A stretch of DNA of 64,000 bases. Origin: Octopus sinensis. Taxonomy: Eukaryota. The position numbers were made by a program, and so were the translations under genes. Positions within the stretch are counted from its first letter, which is position 1. Each line of letters starts with the position of its first letter. Under the pieces are notes generated by a model. It did no database searches. It saw only the letters and a program-made list of their open reading frames with translations, and was not told the DNA's origin. The stretch lies in contig NC_043010.1 in NCBI RefSeq assembly GCF_006345805.1, positions 30,566,001 through 30,630,000 of the forward strand. The letters are read 5' to 3'. This document shows, piece after piece, positions 11,404 to 23,213 of this stretch.

Positions 11404-12262
11404 GGGCGGCGAACTGGCACAATCGCTTGCACGCCGGCATTTTGTCTGCATTTACGTTCTGAGTTCAAATGCCGCTGAGGCCGACTTCGCCTTTCATCCT
11501 TTCGGTGTCGATAAAATAACGAGCAGTCAAGTACTAGGGTCGATGTAATCGACTAGCACCCTCCCCCGAACTTGCTGGCCTTGTGCAAAAATTTGAAACC
11601 TTGCTAAGGCGGTGAGCTGGCAGAATCGTTACTGCGCCGGACAAAATGCTTAGCGGCACTTCTTCCGTCTCTGAGTTCAAATTCCGGCGAAGTCGACTTG
11701 CCGTTCATCCTTCCCAGGGTCGATAAAATAAGTACTTGTTGAGCAGTGGGTCGATTACATCGACTTACCCCCACCCTCCATTGCTGGCCTTGTGCCAAAA
11801 TTTGAAATCAGTTTTAAACCCTTCTTAAGGCGGTGAGGTGACAGAGTCATTAGTACGCCCGACAAAATGCTTGGCGGCATTTTATCCGTCTTTACGTTCT
11901 GAGTTCAAATTCTACCGAAGTCAACTTTGTCTTTCATTCTTTCAAGATAGGAGAAATAAATTTCAGATGAGCACTGAAGCTAACCTAATAGAATCGGCTA
12001 GCCCCCCCCCCCTAACCTAATGTAATCGACTAGCCCCCTAACCTAATGTAATCGACAAGCTCCTTAACCTAAAGTAATCGACTAAACCCCTAACCTAATG
12101 TAATCGACTATCCTCCCAACCTAATATAATCAACTAGCCCCCCAACCTAATGTAATCGACTAGCCCCCTAACCTAATGTAATCGACTCTCCTCCCAACCT
12201 AATGTAATCAACTAGCCCCCTAACCTAAAATTCCAGACCTTGTGTCTATAGCAGAAAGGAAC
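11404..12262 (+). mobile_element. Three head-to-tail type B SINE copies
   Basis: Copies at 11404-11600, 11607-11810 and 11827-12262, each with ggcgg..gagytggcagaat head, gagttcaaat B-box and ccttgtg tail; the third holds an internal minisatellite. Confidence 0.85.
11981..12228 (+). repeat. 26-bp minisatellite inside a SINE
   Basis: Eight full units of consensus TAACCTAATGTAATCGACTAGCCCCC at 12013-12220, plus degenerate flanking units. Confidence 0.95.
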
Positions 12263-12549
12263 ATAACACCCTACTGGAACATCCTTAAACAAAGATCCAC
12301 GAGATCAGAGATGACATGAGGCTAAGCAACATCCAACGCCTTCTGCTCCCACTAAATATCTTCTTCTTTTTCTTCTTCTTCTTCTTCTATTACAACTATC
12401 GCCTCCACCACCACCACTACAACTACCACTACCACAACCACCTCCACTACTACTACTACTTTTTATTTTCCCTACATTATCATCACCATCATTTTCTTCT
12501 TTTTTTTCTATTTCTTACTCCTCCTCCTCCTTCTCCACTACTCCACTTT

Positions 12550-12590
<41 letters not shown>

Positions 12591-12939
12591 TTTCTTTTCC
12601 ACCTCAATGATTATCATCATCTCATCTTCTTTTTCTCTTCTCCCTCCTCTGCTGTCTGCCATCTGATGAACATTGATGTAAAATCAAGTTCCATGACTCT
12701 AACCTCCATTGACACTCTTTCGACGTTGTAATCAATTTGTATGTATTTTTATAAGGGTGCAAGCATGGCTGTCTGGTTAAGAAATTCACTTAGCAGCTAT
12801 ATGGTTGGGCGTTCAATCCTACCTCGCAGTACCTTAGGTAAATATTTTCAACCACAGTCTCGAATCGAACAAACCTTTGTCAGTCAAAGGTAGATAGATC
12901 GATTGCTAGATAGATGGATCGACAGACAGACAGACAGGC

Positions 12940-13208
<269 letters not shown>

Positions 13209-13827
13209 TATTGATATGTGTGTGTTTGTCTCTTAATCAGCGTAGTTCTGTATACGTCTCTGTGACTGAATGATTCGGCTAAAAAAGATAGTTGGGTGCG
13301 GTTTGAGAGGGATTTAGTAATTACTTCCGTCAGATCGAGCGAGAACTTTCATACTCCACCATTTCCTCGGCTTCTTTCGTAGTCTCCAGAAATCTGAGTG
13401 AGAAAGACAATGGCGGCAGAAGCATATTTTACGTAAGCTCAGTCTGTTTACGAGATAAAGTTGATATCGAGATTGTTTACCAAGATACAGAGATGGCTTA
13501 GTAAAAGAGGGTGGATGGTTTAGGGTTAGAGTTGGAAAATGATGCGAAGCATAAGTTCGTTATGACAGTGAATACTTTCCAGACTGGAACGGTCTCTACA
13601 GGTGTTTGTTTTGAGATATGGAGATGTCTGTAAGTGCATGCTACCAGGTGTATATACAAATTTAGCTGCATGTCCGTGTGAATATATATATATATATATA
13701 CTCACATAGATATGCTGTTAAATGTATGTATGTGTGCATGTATGTATGTATGTATGTATGTATATATATATATTACATATATATATGTGTGTATGTATGT
13801 ATGCATATATATATATATTAATATATA

Positions 13828-13902
<75 letters not shown>

Positions 13903-15079
13903 TATATATATGCCTAACAGGTTACTGCTTTGTTTATACTCTACTACTTGAAAATCTAAACTACACTGTGTACCCAGTTCTCTATCTTCTTACCTCTAAT
14001 TGATACCAGTAATTGATAGCAATTTAGAGGCTCCCTGGCTTCTTTCTTTGCTCTGGCTTTCTCCCCGACCGACGTCACATCCAACTTCACATCTCATGAG
14101 CAGTACTGACACCCACACCAACAACCGCTCACCACGCGCCACACACTTCACCAACCCCACCACTACGTCAGTAAGTAAAAGAGAAAGTAAAAACAAAGGC
14201 GAGCACGAAGTTTGTTAAAATTAACTGAGTAGATACGTCTAGAGGTAAATCGACACCAGTTACCCGAGAAGTGGAGTTGGGTAATAAGGGTGTAGGGAGA
14301 TACTCGTTCCTTATATTCTAGATTTCTCAGTTATATCATAACAAATACGCTTTATTCATTGCTTGTAATAAACATAATGTATATTGCATGCGTTTGCGCA
14401 TGTGTATGTGTGCAATATGTAGAACAGTTCAGTAATATGTATGTACGTATATAGGTATGTATATATAGAGTCTTTATGTATGTGTGTGCGTGCATGTGTG
14501 TGCGTGCGTGTGTATGTATGTATGTATGTATGTATGTATTTACTCAAGGAAGGAGCAGACAATGACAGGAGGATAAAGAGACAGACAGCAAGCATATATG
14601 TACAAATGTGCGTGTGTATGTATGTGCGTGCGTGCGTGCGTGCGTGCGTGTTTGCATGCCAATGTGTTTGTATATGTCTGTATCTGTGAATTTGTGATTC
14701 AAGATATATATATGCGAAAAAAAAAAGAAACTAGTCTTTGAGTATGAGTTAGTAGTATGCACCGTGTTTCCGTTAATTGTTTTGGGGTGCTTGTGTAATC
14801 GCGAGCAGATACTGAACCCGTCTCACTCCCTTTCCCCATTAGACCCAACGGAACATGCAAGGTATGACAGCTGAAAAGAAAGTAGGCTTTATAATCTTTC
14901 GGCTGCAATTCATTTTTGAGTGAGTATGAAATGAAGTACCTGGCTCATGGATACAACGCACCGCCTGCACCACGAATCGAACCCATGGCACCAGGATTGT
15001 GAGCTCAATGCTATAATCATGTGAGTTTGAGTGTATGGGTATGTTTCTTTCTGTACATCGATGTGCCTTCTATCTCTTT

Positions 15080-15123
<44 letters not shown>

Positions 15124-15249
15124 CCACGCATACACACATGGATGGATGGATGGATAGATGCGCGTGTGTGTTTGAGTTTCTCATAGAGTTACAAATACTT
15201 CCTTGCTACTCTCGCCGTCATAAATACGGTGTATACATATATGTGAGTG

Positions 15250-16110
15250 TATAAGATAAAAGATATACATGTGTGTGTGTGTGTATAAATGGACTTAAAC
15301 GCAGGTGTTATTCAAATTCTTTTACTTCCGACATATGTTTCGAAGGCAACATTGGTATTATTCCTAAGGAATAAAATGGTGTAAAACAATGTAACCTTCT
15401 CATCAGCGAAAGAAAGAAAGAAACCAAACCCATCAATAAGACATTTTAACAGAATGTGATGAATGTGTATAATGATGAACGGAACGCTATTAAGTTTTTT
15501 TTTAAAGACCGTTAGAAGATATAACGTCAAAGGTAGCCTATTGAAAGAGAAGGGGTAAAGGAAAGAAATAAGCAGAAAACTAATAAAGGAGAAATACAGA
15601 GCAATATGTGAATTAAAATAAAAGCTTAAAGGCTTGGAAATAGAAATATCTAGTGGAAGTGAAAGGTAAGAAGAAAATCAATGTTCAAATTATATATAAT
15701 GTTAGATATCACTTACATGAACTAAAGATATGTTTCTGCCAATGTTTACATCGATAAGCACGCTCTATAAAAGTGTTTACAAAGGGATTCTTAAAAAATA
15801 GAATAGAAAATAGTTCATTATTACAGAATTAGCAGCATTCTTTGCCTTTATCGTATGGGGATGAAATGGGGAGAATCAACCAATCTAAATTAAATAGTTT
15901 ATTATGGTCTTTTAGATACCAAATTAATTTACTAAGCACTATACTGTTGCGTTTATTACTGTCCCTAAATGTAGAGTAATAATTAGAAATTCTTTTAGAT
16001 AACCGAGAAGAACTACCTATATAAAAAAAAAAGACATCGGTACCTGAAGTAATTTTACATTGGTATATAGAGTTTTTAGTTTTAGAATTACTAGACATAA
16101 ACTTAATTCT
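15250..16110 (-). mobile_element. Penelope-like element 1: GIY-YIG endonuclease C-terminus plus 3' pseudo-LTR
   Basis: SIYQCKIT...FYIGSSSRLSKRISNYYSTFRDSNKRNSIVLSKLIWYLKDHNKLFNLDWLIL..SPYDKGKECC, continuing after a stop into NTFIERAYRCKHWQKH; a sense HHR follows. Confidence 0.85.
15325..15411 (-). ncRNA. Type I hammerhead ribozyme, core intact
   Basis: Minus strand: ttcg-CTGATGA-GAAGGTTACATTG...CAATGTTGCCTTC-GAAA-CATATG-TC-ggaa; perfect palindromic stem III ACATATGT; GUC triplet; internal TTATTCC/GGAATAA hairpin. Confidence 0.85.
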
Positions 16111-16139
16111 GTTGGAATTGACTTCAGAGAAATGCTTTG

Positions 16140-16920
16140 TTAACAAACAGAAATGTAGTCTATAGTACAAGATGTACAGAGGGATGATGCAATAACAAGA
16201 CAACAACGCACGTAGGGGAAACGGCACGGAGCATAGGAGAGCGGGTAAATGACATTGGAGGAGACTTAAGGAAGAGAAGAGCTCATCGTGTACCAGCAAG
16301 CCGAGCAGGAACACGGGGGGGTCACTCAACAACATAGAAGTTAAAATCTTGTCCACACATAGAACAGACGCAACACTTAGACAAATTACAAAAGCTACAC
16401 ACATACTAGATAAGATAAACTTAGCCTGAATAGGAAACTGGAATGGAACACTAGCACACAACCCCAACACACCACAACATATGACAAAATAAGATCCCCA
16501 TAAACTGGTAACAATATAAACAAAACATAATAAAAAACACAGATAAACAAATGGAATTAAATAACTATATACACTAACAAAATTTTAAATTGAAAAAAAA
16601 ATTAATTAGATTAAATACAAAAAAATAATAAGTAGGTATAAACAGATGAACAAAATAAATAAAAACAAATTACACGAACGTGTATAAACAGGAGATACAG
16701 ATAATACAGGTATACGCATGCGCAAATAAACACGCATACAAAATACAAAATGGCTGATCGTTTGTAAGGAGAGACACAAATAAGAAAGAAGAAAGCAAGG
16801 GACCACTGATGAGGTCACAGAAGTGTGACGAAAGAACTCTGGCCGAAATAAAATTAAGATTAATGTAAAAAATAAATAAAGCTGAAGCAAATTAACACCA
16901 AATATATAGTGCACGTGTTT
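16140..16920 (+). mobile_element. Penelope-like element 2: GIY-YIG fragment plus 3' region
   Basis: Frameshifted GETARSIGERVN...LIVYQQAEQEHGGSLNNIEVKILSTHRTDATLRQITKATHI; sense HHR at 16801-16844. Confidence 0.75.
16801..16844 (+). ncRNA. Minimal type I hammerhead ribozyme
   Basis: gacca-CTGATGA-G-GTCACA-gaag-TGTGAC-GAAA-G-aa-C-TC-tggcc; stem I 4 of 5 pairs, stem II 6 bp perfect. Confidence 0.75.
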
Positions 16921-17222
16921 TTATTGGCTAAACTGGCAACATGACCATCCCTAAATACAACAATATATATAATAATTTGAGGGAATATTATTCCTAACTT
17001 ATAGAGAAAAATTCAATTTAGAAATACTAAATCAAATTTCACAGAATATAATATATATATAAAAATTAGAAAAAAACACCTTTTATCAATTGCAAATGAA
17101 CAATAAAATTACCCTGTCTAGAAAATTACATATAATAGAAATATAAAAAATAAAATCACAATAATATACCGATGATTAAATAAATTGCAAAATAATAATA
17201 AAAACGTATATATTTGGTAGAA

Positions 17223-17305
17223 TAACGATGCGTGTTTCGTGGCTATATTTAAGAAATGATTATAGTAAAATCACTTCGATATAAATATAGCCACTCATCA
17301 GGTTA
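17223..17305 (-). ncRNA. Type I hammerhead ribozyme
   Basis: Minus strand: taac-CTGATGA-GTGGCTATATTTA...TAAATATAGCCAC-GAAA-CACGCA-TC-gtta; 13-bp perfect stem II; stem III two substitutions away from palindromic ACACGTGT. Confidence 0.8.
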
Positions 17306-17385
17306 AAAATAAACTACAATAATAAAATAATTCATTAATAAATATACGTAAATAATCTTTTAAAAAATAAATATATTCTTTAAAA

Positions 17386-17423
<38 letters not shown>

Positions 17424-17489
17424 ATTAAACATACATTAAGTGCAAACTAAAAACAATACTTAAATTATACAATACTTTAAAATTAATTA

Positions 17490-18330
17490 ATATACACAAT
17501 GCTAGTACAAGCCATTAATATTGTAATCAAAATAAGAAATGGTTCAAATATAGACAAACTCATTAAATAAGCTAACTATATAATTAATATATATTTGTAG
17601 TTTCTATAGATTTAATATACCACTCAATAATATTGTTGACTAAATATCAATTAATATAAAACCTAATTTACTAAATTTAATACTACTTGATAAATATACC
17701 ACCTAATTATTAAATAATATATCATCTAACAAATTAATTCTCAAATTAAATGTAATACGTTAGATCCCTTTATAAAAATAATAATAAATCATACTAAATA
17801 AATGGATATAATTAATAACTATTATAACTTATAACTATCAATATATATAAAAATGGCGAAAAATGGTGAAAATCATTAACTAATGGAAAGTAAGAAACAT
17901 TTAAGCCCCATAAATTAAAGAAAGGTGGAAAAAATATTAGAACAAAGGAACAATACATTATGAAGACGTTCAACTACAACCGAAAGTCCACTACAAAACC
18001 AGTCTATAACAATAATTATAATAACAACAACGATCAAGCTCAAAATAATACAAGGTTCAAATAATATTGATAAACAAACTATGCTACGAAGTACAACGAT
18101 TAAATTAATCTATCTGGATTTTAAATGTATAAAAATATGTTTTAGCGTCTTATTAATATACCCAATGCTATTACTAGTCATGAATAATACAATCAAAAAT
18201 AGGAAATGGCTCAAATATACACAAATTCATTATATAAAACTAACTACTTTATTAATATATATGTGTAATATCTATAGATGTGATATTTCACGGGATAATA
18301 AAGTTGAACATAATATCAATAAAATAAAAT
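17490..18330. repeat. Diverged AT-rich direct repeat, ~170-180 bp units ~660 bp apart
   Basis: 17490-17660 aligns by eye with 18150-18330 (caatgcta..aatcaaaa..gaaatgg.tcaaatata.acaaa.tcatta..ctatagat). Confidence 0.6.
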
Positions 18331-18370
18331 AATATATACATACATATATATATATATATATAATATATAT

Positions 18371-18405
<35 letters not shown>

Positions 18406-18546
18406 CAACAATTTTTTCCCACTAGGCCGCTGGTGGCAAAAAGAATTCTACAAAATTTTTTTTTTTGCCACCCTATATTGATTAATATATATATATATAT
18501 AATATATATATATATATATCATATATATATATATATATATATATAT

Positions 18547-18593
<47 letters not shown>

Positions 18594-18596
<3 letters not shown>

Positions 18597-18780
18597 CACG
18601 TTTATAGAGTGTGCTTATCGAAGTAAACATTGGCAGAAAAATACCTTCAGTTCATATAAGTAATATCTGCCATTATATATAATTTAAACATTGATTTTCT
18701 TCTTACATTTCACTTCCACTAGATATATCTATTTCCAAGCCTTTAAGCTTTTACTTTAAGTTTATCCAGTTTCACATTTT
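18594..18780 (+). mobile_element. Inverted copy of the PLE 1 ORF end and 3' UTR
   Basis: TTFIECAYRSKHWQKNTFSSYK*; reverse complement aligns with ~15620-15780. Confidence 0.8.
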
Positions 18781-18869
18781 TAGTTTCTATTCTTCCATCA
18801 ACCCAATAGTATTTAATAAGTCACTCTCACTAGCTCACAACAAAGCTGGTCTCACCAGGGAAGAGATTA

Positions 18870-18995
18870 ATATCGTGTTGGACGATATTACACTTAACTT
18901 ACACAATAATTCGTACTTCCCATACCACAAACCATTAACCAATCTTAAGTATATTAACCAATTCAGTTATCATTCTAGGGCAATTACTATGAAAT
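18870..18995 (+). mobile_element. PLE reverse-transcriptase thumb fragment
   Basis: LDDITLNLHNNSYFPYHKPLTNLKYINQFSYHSRAIT resembles the PLE FLDVTL..Y.PY.KP....YI...SNHP motif. Confidence 0.65.
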
Positions 18996-19014
18996 TAGTT
19001 TTCTGCTTATTTCT

Positions 19015-19203
19015 TTCTAGGATGATAATGCACCAATTCACACAGCTAATGTTGTTACTGTATGGCACGAGGAACATTCTAGTGAAGTTGAACATCTTAT
19101 CTGGCCACCACAGTTCCCAGATCTCAATATTATTGAACATTTATGGGGCATTGTAGAAAAACAACTAAGGAGTCGATATCCTCTACCATCATCACTATAA
19201 GAA
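19015..19203 (+). mobile_element. Tc1 transposase internal fragment
   Basis: DDNAPIHTANVVTVWHEEHSSEVEHLIWPPQFPDLNIIEHLWG; closely matches the reverse complement of ~27000-27180. Confidence 0.85.
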
Positions 19204-19372
19204 CGACGGGCTTCTTCCAGTTTCCGTCTACCAAATCCCAAATCCACTCACAAGGCTTTGGTTCAACTGTGGCTATAGTAGAAGATACTTGCCCAAGATG
19301 TCACGGAGTGGGACTGAACCTAAATCCTTATGGTTGGGAAGCAAGCTTCTTACCACACGGCCACACCTGCGC
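19204..19372 (-). mobile_element. Type A SINE 5' half
   Basis: Minus strand begins aggcgcaggtgtggccgtgtggtaagaagcttgc; a similar half copy lies at 20281-20430. Confidence 0.85.
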
Positions 19373-19379
19373 CTATATA

Positions 19380-19471
<92 letters not shown>

Positions 19472-19545
19472 ATGTGTGTGTGTGTTGTGTGTGTGTGTGC
19501 GTGTGTGTGTGTGCGTGTGTGTGTGTATGCATTTATCTATCTATC

Positions 19546-19581
<36 letters not shown>

Positions 19582-19588
<7 letters not shown>

Positions 19589-20170
19589 GAAGTTGAAAAT
19601 ATTTTAATTATATTTAAAAATTTACCCTTGTTTTCAAAAGTTGAGATTGTAAGACGCGGGTTATGCGCAACTATTTTGCTTCTGACTAGTGTTTGAAGCT
19701 TGTGCTATATTTATAGTGAGTTCATGGCTCAAGTCCTATCCAAAGCATATACATATAACACAGACACATAGCGGGAAACGTGCAAAGGGTTCTAAACTTA
19801 ATCACGTGATCATTCTCTACAACACTTGACAGAAAACTTTCAGATCATTGATTGTTTGGTACTGTCGCGAGATATGTTCATTCAACCGGTCCGGCCTTAA
19901 CTTACAATGCCAAATATTATCACTTGACACCAACACATTAACGTAGCGGGAAACATACAAAAAATTTTAAGACCAGTCATGTGATTATCCTCTATCAAAC
20001 AAGTCCAAACAAGCTTCAAACACTAGTCAGAACTTGCGGCATAACCCACGTCTTTTTATCTCAACTTTTGAAAATCAGTAAAAAAAACTGTGAAACCAGT
20101 TAATCTTTAAATATGTAAAAAAAATATTAACTATTCTCAGTGCATTTTCAACTTATATTATTCTATATTT
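19582..20170. mobile_element. MITE-like non-autonomous DNA element
   Basis: Inverted repeats 19631-19703 and 20009-20074 (ttttcaaaagttgagat..aagacg.gggttatgc.gcaa..ttctgactagtgtttgaagcttgt); outer weaker match aagttgaaaat/attttcaactt; (TA)n flanks. Confidence 0.7.
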
Positions 20171-20189
20171 CTACCCGTGTGGAATAAAA

Positions 20190-20273
<84 letters not shown>

Positions 20274-21000
20274 CATATACGATGCACTTCTTTCGGTTTC
20301 CGTCTGCCAAATACACTCACAAAACTTTGGTCAACCCGAGGCTTTAGTGGAAGACGCTCGCCCAAAGTGACACGCAGTGGGGCTGAACCCGGAACTAGGT
20401 GGTTGGCAAGGAAGCTTCTTACCATACCACCATGTACATATGTATGCATGCATATGTCTATGTGTGTATAGATATGTGTATTTGTATGTATGTATGTATG
20501 TATGTTATGTATGTATGTATGTATGTATGTATGTATGAATGTATGTATGTGTGTATGTATGTATGTACATATGTGTGTGTTTGTATGTATGTGTGCGCGC
20601 ATGTGTCTGCTAATGGTTAACTACGTATACCGAATTTTATTTGTCGTTTAGTTCCTGTGGACTGAATATTTATAAGGGATTAATGGTGGATAAAACGAGC
20701 GGAAAGATGACCAGAAATTTTTATATACAAAGTGCCAAGCCAAACAGCTACAATTAACAGTTTTTAACGCTGGTGCCTCCTCATCTATTTTGAAATTAAT
20801 ACTGTACTATCTTTGCATACCAGGTTGTTAAATGCATTCTAACTAATACATGTATTTATTTATTTTAAATGGCAATTGGTAAATGACCATAGTGTCTATG
20901 GTTACGGGTTTCCAAAGAACTGCTTATCACTGTTTCATCTGGTTTATGACGGAGAGAAGTGCAAAGGAGAGTTTGTAACATGCATACATACATACATACA

Positions 21001-21474
21001 AACAGTATGATGGAAGTGATAGCCAGTCATAATAAAGAGTACTGACGGAATGTCCCAGCGACATTCCATCAATGTAAACATAATAGACTTGACATAATGA
21101 TTTGGGATAGAGAAGAGAAACTGTATACAGTTGTGGAAATCAGCTGTTAAGATAAGGATAAAGATCAGCGAAAAAGAGAATACCTACACTGAGCTATTCA
21201 GAAATCTTCAGTTACTTCTACCCAGATTACAAGTTCAGGTTTATGCCTGTAATTATTGGGGCCGTGTGATATGTAACACTGCCTAAATACTAATCTTGAG
21301 AAATTAGGTTTCTCAAAACCAGAAAGGAAAAATCTAATTCGAAGATTACAGATCCAATCCATCACTGGAACTGTAAAAAAATCTGTAAAACTTTCCAGAA
21401 GTTTATCATTTAAGTATATATGAGCATACCCAGATATGCAAGTATATGCATGAGAATACATACATAAAAGAAAA
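21001..21474 (+). mobile_element. R4/Dong-clade LINE 3' end (restriction-like endonuclease)
   Basis: CKHNRLDIMIWDREEKLYTVVEISC...KISEKENTYTELFRNLQLL..DYKFRFMPVIIGA...LEKLGFSKPERKNLIRRLQIQSITGTVK..KTFQKFII*, stop at 21411-21413; (CATA)n on both sides. Confidence 0.8.
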
Positions 21475-21754
21475 CATACATACATACATACATACATACA
21501 TACATACATACATACATACATGCATGCATGCATGCATACATACATACATACATACATACATACATACATACTACATACATACATACATACATACATGCAT
21601 GCATGCATACATACTACATACATACATACATACATACATACATACATACATACATGCATGCATGCATACATACATACTACATACATACATACATACATAC
21701 ATACATACATACATACATACAATGTCGGTCCTTGTGCATAGAGTAGAAAAGAAT

Positions 21755-22145
21755 CGTTAGCAGGCCGGGTAAAATGCTTGACAGCATTTCGTCCGTCTTT
21801 CGCCGAGGTTCATTTGCCTTTCATCTTCTTGGGGTATATAAGTACCAGTTGTGCACCAGGGTCGATGTAATCGACTTACCCCACCCCAAACTTGCTAGCC
21901 TTGAGCCAAAATTTGAAACCATTATTTACACCGCTACATGCGGTGATGTCACAGAATCGTTGACATGTCTGAAAAAGTCTTGCTGCATCTATTCCAGATC
22001 TTTACATTTTGAATTCAAAACATCGAGGTCAACTTAACTTTGCTTCTCATCCTTTCGAGATCGAGAAAATAAAATAGCAGTCAAGTACTGGAGGAAATGA
22101 TATCGACTTACACCTTTCTCACAAAATTGCAGCCTTTCGCTAAAA
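21755..22145 (+). mobile_element. Two degenerate type B SINE copies
   Basis: 21755-21922 and 21940-22145 with aaaatgcttg, gggtcgatgtaatcgactt and ccttgagccaaaatttgaaacc. Confidence 0.75.
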
Positions 22146-22524
22146 CAGAAACGGTTAATGCTTCTCCGCGGAAATTTTCATACCTCACGTTCTTTATATT
22201 TTCTTTACAGTTTACATTATGAACTAATTTCATTTGCAGACTGATGTTGGTAAGCTATTCAACCCTGGAGTTTATTTAACGCTAAATTATTTAAAAGTGG
22301 TGTTGTACATTGTGCGTTTCCCTACGTCCTTGGAGGAAATAACTAACACTGTTTAACGGTTAATGTTTTGTGTTTAATTCATTTATAGAGATTATGTGTA
22401 AGAAGAGAAGGGAAGACTGGGAGTTACATTATTAAAAAATTTATGAGATGAAAATTGTTTCACAAAGGTGAAAATTTATTGGTAATTTGAGCTAATCACC
22501 TTCGTGAAGTGCTGTTGTTTTTAG

Positions 22525-22660
22525 TAGCGGTGGTGGTGGCGGCGGCGGCGGCGGCGGCAGTGGTGGTGGTGGAGGTGGTGGTGGTAGTGGCGGTGGTGGT
22601 GGCGGCGGCGGCGATGGTGGTGGTGGTGGTGGTGGTGGTGGTGGTGGTGGTGGTGGTGGT
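22525..22660. repeat. (GGT)n/(GGC)n tract
   Basis: Read directly; source of the poly-Pro ORF. Confidence 0.95.
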
Positions 22661-22924
22661 GAACCGTAAGTCATATTTTAGTGAGCAGACATTTTATAAA
22701 AACCATTCGGTCTGTTCTTGCTTTCTATACCGTGAATCCTTAACTACATACAGAATGTCTTTTCTCTTATATGACTTTAGTGATACACTATCTCTCTCTC
22801 TCTCTCTCTTGCACGTATGCGTGTGCGTGTGTATGCATATGCAAACGTGCAATTTGTGTATGTGTATGACTGTTATTTTTAGCAAGTAAGGACCACTGGT
22901 TTGAGACTCTCTCATTTGCTCTTT

Positions 22925-23177
22925 TATTCTTTTTACTTGCTTCAGTCATTTGACAGCAGCCATGCTGGAGCACCACCTTGAAGGGTTTTAGTCGAGTAAA
23001 TCGACCCCACAACTTATTTCTTAAGCCTGGTACTTATTCTATCGATCTCTTATGCCGAACCGCTATGTTACGGGAACGTAAACACACCACCACCGGTTAT
23101 CAAACTGTGATGGGGAACAAACACAGACACAAAGACACACACACACACATACATACATACATACATACATACATACA

Positions 23178-23213
<36 letters not shown>

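Noticed and set aside
11981-12228. 26-bp array as a CRISPR or telomeric repeat
   Set aside because: No unique spacers, eukaryotic context, derived from the surrounding SINE; only (CCTAA)2 per unit.
12662-12700. CTGATGA matches here and CTGANGA matches at 24298, 27919, 48351, 49021 and 63910
   Set aside because: No stem II plus GAAA plus NUH in the required geometry.
18432-18472. 11-bp hairpin ggtggcaaaaa/tttttgccacc
   Set aside because: Half of the stem is homopolymer and there is no catalytic or terminal motif.
22492-22889. Poly-Pro and poly-Val ORFs (also 8599-8983, 12316-12666 and 57486-58232)
   Set aside because: Trinucleotide tracts open in several frames; no protein context.
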